Assembly: GCA_964416595.1 (NCBI GenBank)
Contig: CAYQES010000010.1
Span: 9,229-73,228 of the forward strand
DNA from: an uncultured Bdellovibrionales bacterium
GTDB taxonomy: Bacteria; Bdellovibrionota; UBA1018; CAIPTA01
DNA length: 64,000 nt
Direction of reading: 5' to 3'
Shown: piece after piece, positions 62,622-64,000 of the stretch
Numbering within the stretch: position 1 is the stretch's first letter
How the letters are laid out: each line of letters begins with the position of its first letter
Translations under genes and position numbers: made by a program
The notes under the pieces: model-generated
The model's input: the letters and a program-made list of their open reading frames with translations, nothing else
The model's database searches: none
Told to the model about the DNA's origin: nothing

Positions 62622-63566
62622 CTATCCCCTCACCCTTACCCTCTGCACTCCCAAATCAATTTCCCCGTCCGGAGAACGGATACTGGATTCAATCTGATCC
62701 CCATCTCGTAAATACCGCGGGCTTCGAGCCTGCTCTTCCACAAAGGCCGCGAATTTTTCCTTATCGCTCTTGTTAATATCCAGCATTTCCTGCCACCAGG
62801 ATTTCGGCTTCACCTTCATGGCCACGCCACCGGGCGTGCCTGTGAGCACAAGATCCCCGGGCCGGAGATCAAAAATTTTCGAAATTTCCGCCAGCGTTTC
62901 CGCCGGCCGGTGTAGGAGTTGCTTTGTGTTTGCCTGCTGGCGCTTTTCTCCATTCACGGTGAGCTGCAATTCTAGATTAAATAAATGGGAAAAATCCTTA
63001 GGCTCTAGCAAATATAAAATTGGTCCCACGGGGCAGAAGCCACGAAAACTTTTGCCCTTAAACCACTGGCGCTCGGGGATTTGCACATCCCGGGCGGAAA
63101 TATCGTTCGCCATCACGAGGCCCGCCACAAAATCTGACAAGTTATCATCCTTGATCTCTGTGGGCTTGGTGAGTGCGCGTCCGATCACTAATCCTAATTC
63201 CAATTCGTAATCTAAAAGTTTTACTCCTTGCGGGCGTTGTACTTCGCCTATCGGAGGCGCTAAAGCGGAGGCGGCCTTCGTAAAGAGAAGATTAAAATCT
63301 TTGTTCTTTGGATTCACCCCGGTTTCCAGGATGTGATCCAAATAATTTTTTCCCTGACAGATGATCTGGCAAGGGGCTGTAACGGGCGAAAGAAGTAGCA
63401 CGTCTTTACTGTCTACATTTTCTATTGGCTGTTCTTGCCAGCCTTTTCTCTCTAGAAAATCTTTTAAGCCCGTGGCAGCGCTAGGTAAAATAGCAATATT
63501 TCCTTTTTGCCAAATGCCCCAGTGAGTTTTATTTTTTTGCTCGAAACATACAATCGATATACCCAT
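62622..63566 (-). CDS. Fumarylacetoacetate hydrolase (FAH) family protein
   Basis: LDYELELGLVIG, FCPVGP, RPGDLVLTGTPGGV. Confidence 0.85.
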   Translation of the reverse strand: MGISIVCFEQKNKTHWGIWQKGNIAILPSAATGLKDFLERKGWQEQPIENVDSKDVLLLSPVTAPCQIICQGKNYLDHILETGVNPKNKDFNLLFTKAASALAPPIGEVQRPQGVKLLDYELELGLVIGRALTKPTEIKDDNLSDFVAGLVMANDISARDVQIPERQWFKGKSFRGFCPVGPILYLLEPKDFSHLFNLELQLTVNGEKRQQANTKQLLHRPAETLAEISKIFDLRPGDLVLTGTPGGVAMKVKPKSWWQEMLDINKSDKEKFAAFVEEQARSPRYLRDGDQIESSIRSPDGEIDLGVQRVRVRG

Positions 63567-63574
63567 GGTTCACC

Positions 63575-64000
63575 TTACGGAAAAGTTTTCTTCACCCAAG
63601 CCGCATTCACGCCCATGAAATCTTGGATATGAGCTTGGGCAGCGCTTTGATCATGCTGGAAATGATTGGTGGATGTAATGGCCACAACTTTAAGATTGGC
63701 AGCCCTTGCAGAAGAAATGCCCGCCAAAGAATCCTCGAACACCAACACTTCTTCGGGCTTCGCTTGCATGATTTGCAAGGCTTTCAAAAAACCATCGGGT
63801 GCGGGCTTACTGTTAGGATAATCTTCGGAACCTAAGATTGGCTGGAAGTAGGAATCAATTTTTAAGGTGCGTAAAGCCCAGAGCACATCTTCCCGCACGG
63901 ATCCAGAAACGAGAGCCAGTTTAAAATGCTTAGCAAAATCTTTAATTGTATCTATTACACCAGGCACCACTTTGAGATTTGTGCGCACGATTTCTTGGTA
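63575..64000 (-). CDS. HAD-superfamily hydrolase (subfamily IA, PGMB-like), 5' end outside the window
   Basis: SKPAPDGFL and FEDSLAGISSA motifs. The frame stays open to position 64000 and the N-terminal DxD motif is not yet reached, so the gene is partial. Confidence 0.75.
   Translation of the reverse strand, partial: YQEIVRTNLKVVPGVIDTIKDFAKHFKLALVSGSVREDVLWALRTLKIDSYFQPILGSEDYPNSKPAPDGFLKALQIMQAKPEEVLVFEDSLAGISSARAANLKVVAITSTNHFQHDQSAAQAHIQDFMGVNAAWVKKTFP

Noticed and set aside
1-64000. Search by eye for CRISPR arrays, tRNA/rRNA genes, IS elements, integrases and prophage genes.
   Set aside because: There are no regularly spaced direct repeats and no cloverleaf-like or rRNA-like stretches in the few intergenic gaps. 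No ORF shows transposase, integrase, recombinase or phage structural signatures. A proper tRNAscan, Infernal or ISfinder run was not possible.

Overview
This is a densely packed, chromosomal-looking segment of a diderm bacterium with about 70 CDS on both strands. Many genes overlap by 1-4 nt, and several convergent pairs share stop codons. I recognised no rRNA, tRNA, CRISPR array, transposase, integrase or phage genes. Left to right the window holds: a peroxide-stress locus (ahpC-ahpD-dps plus a Fur/PerR-like regulator, each promoter carrying a TTTAGAA..TTCTAAA palindrome); an OMP / App1-like phosphatase / DUF155-like operon; greB; a ThrE-like exporter; a BMP-family (nucleoside-type) ABC importer; an MMPL transporter; a DEAD-box helicase; purT; and scattered signalling proteins (an HD-GYP variant, a CheY-like receiver, an orphan histidine kinase). 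At 32.5-45.6 kb lies a poorly characterised envelope/secreted block. It contains a methyltransferase with a radical SAM/SPASM enzyme, a secreted HExxH protein, and a PBP-fold serine hydrolase with an SGNH-like protein. These are divergent from a three-gene operon of signal-peptide proteins (YkuD-like, unknown, and a domain-permuted PEP-utilising His-swivel/ATP-grasp enzyme), and a GT-C-like membrane protein follows. After that come an ABC-F ATPase; a URC-type pyrimidine catabolism cluster (mmsA, GTP-cyclohydrolase-II-like/URC1-like, DUF1688/URC4-like, upp, udk); lgt, bioY and elbB; an RRM/glycine-rich RNA-binding protein with a structured leader; a papain-like protease pair; an FAH-family enzyme; and a HAD hydrolase cut by the window end. 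The two most interesting items are the apparently exported dikinase-like operon and the bacterial URC cluster. The abundance of signal-peptide hydrolase-like proteins is compatible with a Bdellovibrio-like predatory lineage, but that taxonomy is inference only. All calls rest on motif recognition by eye in the supplied translations and sequence. No database search or computation was run.
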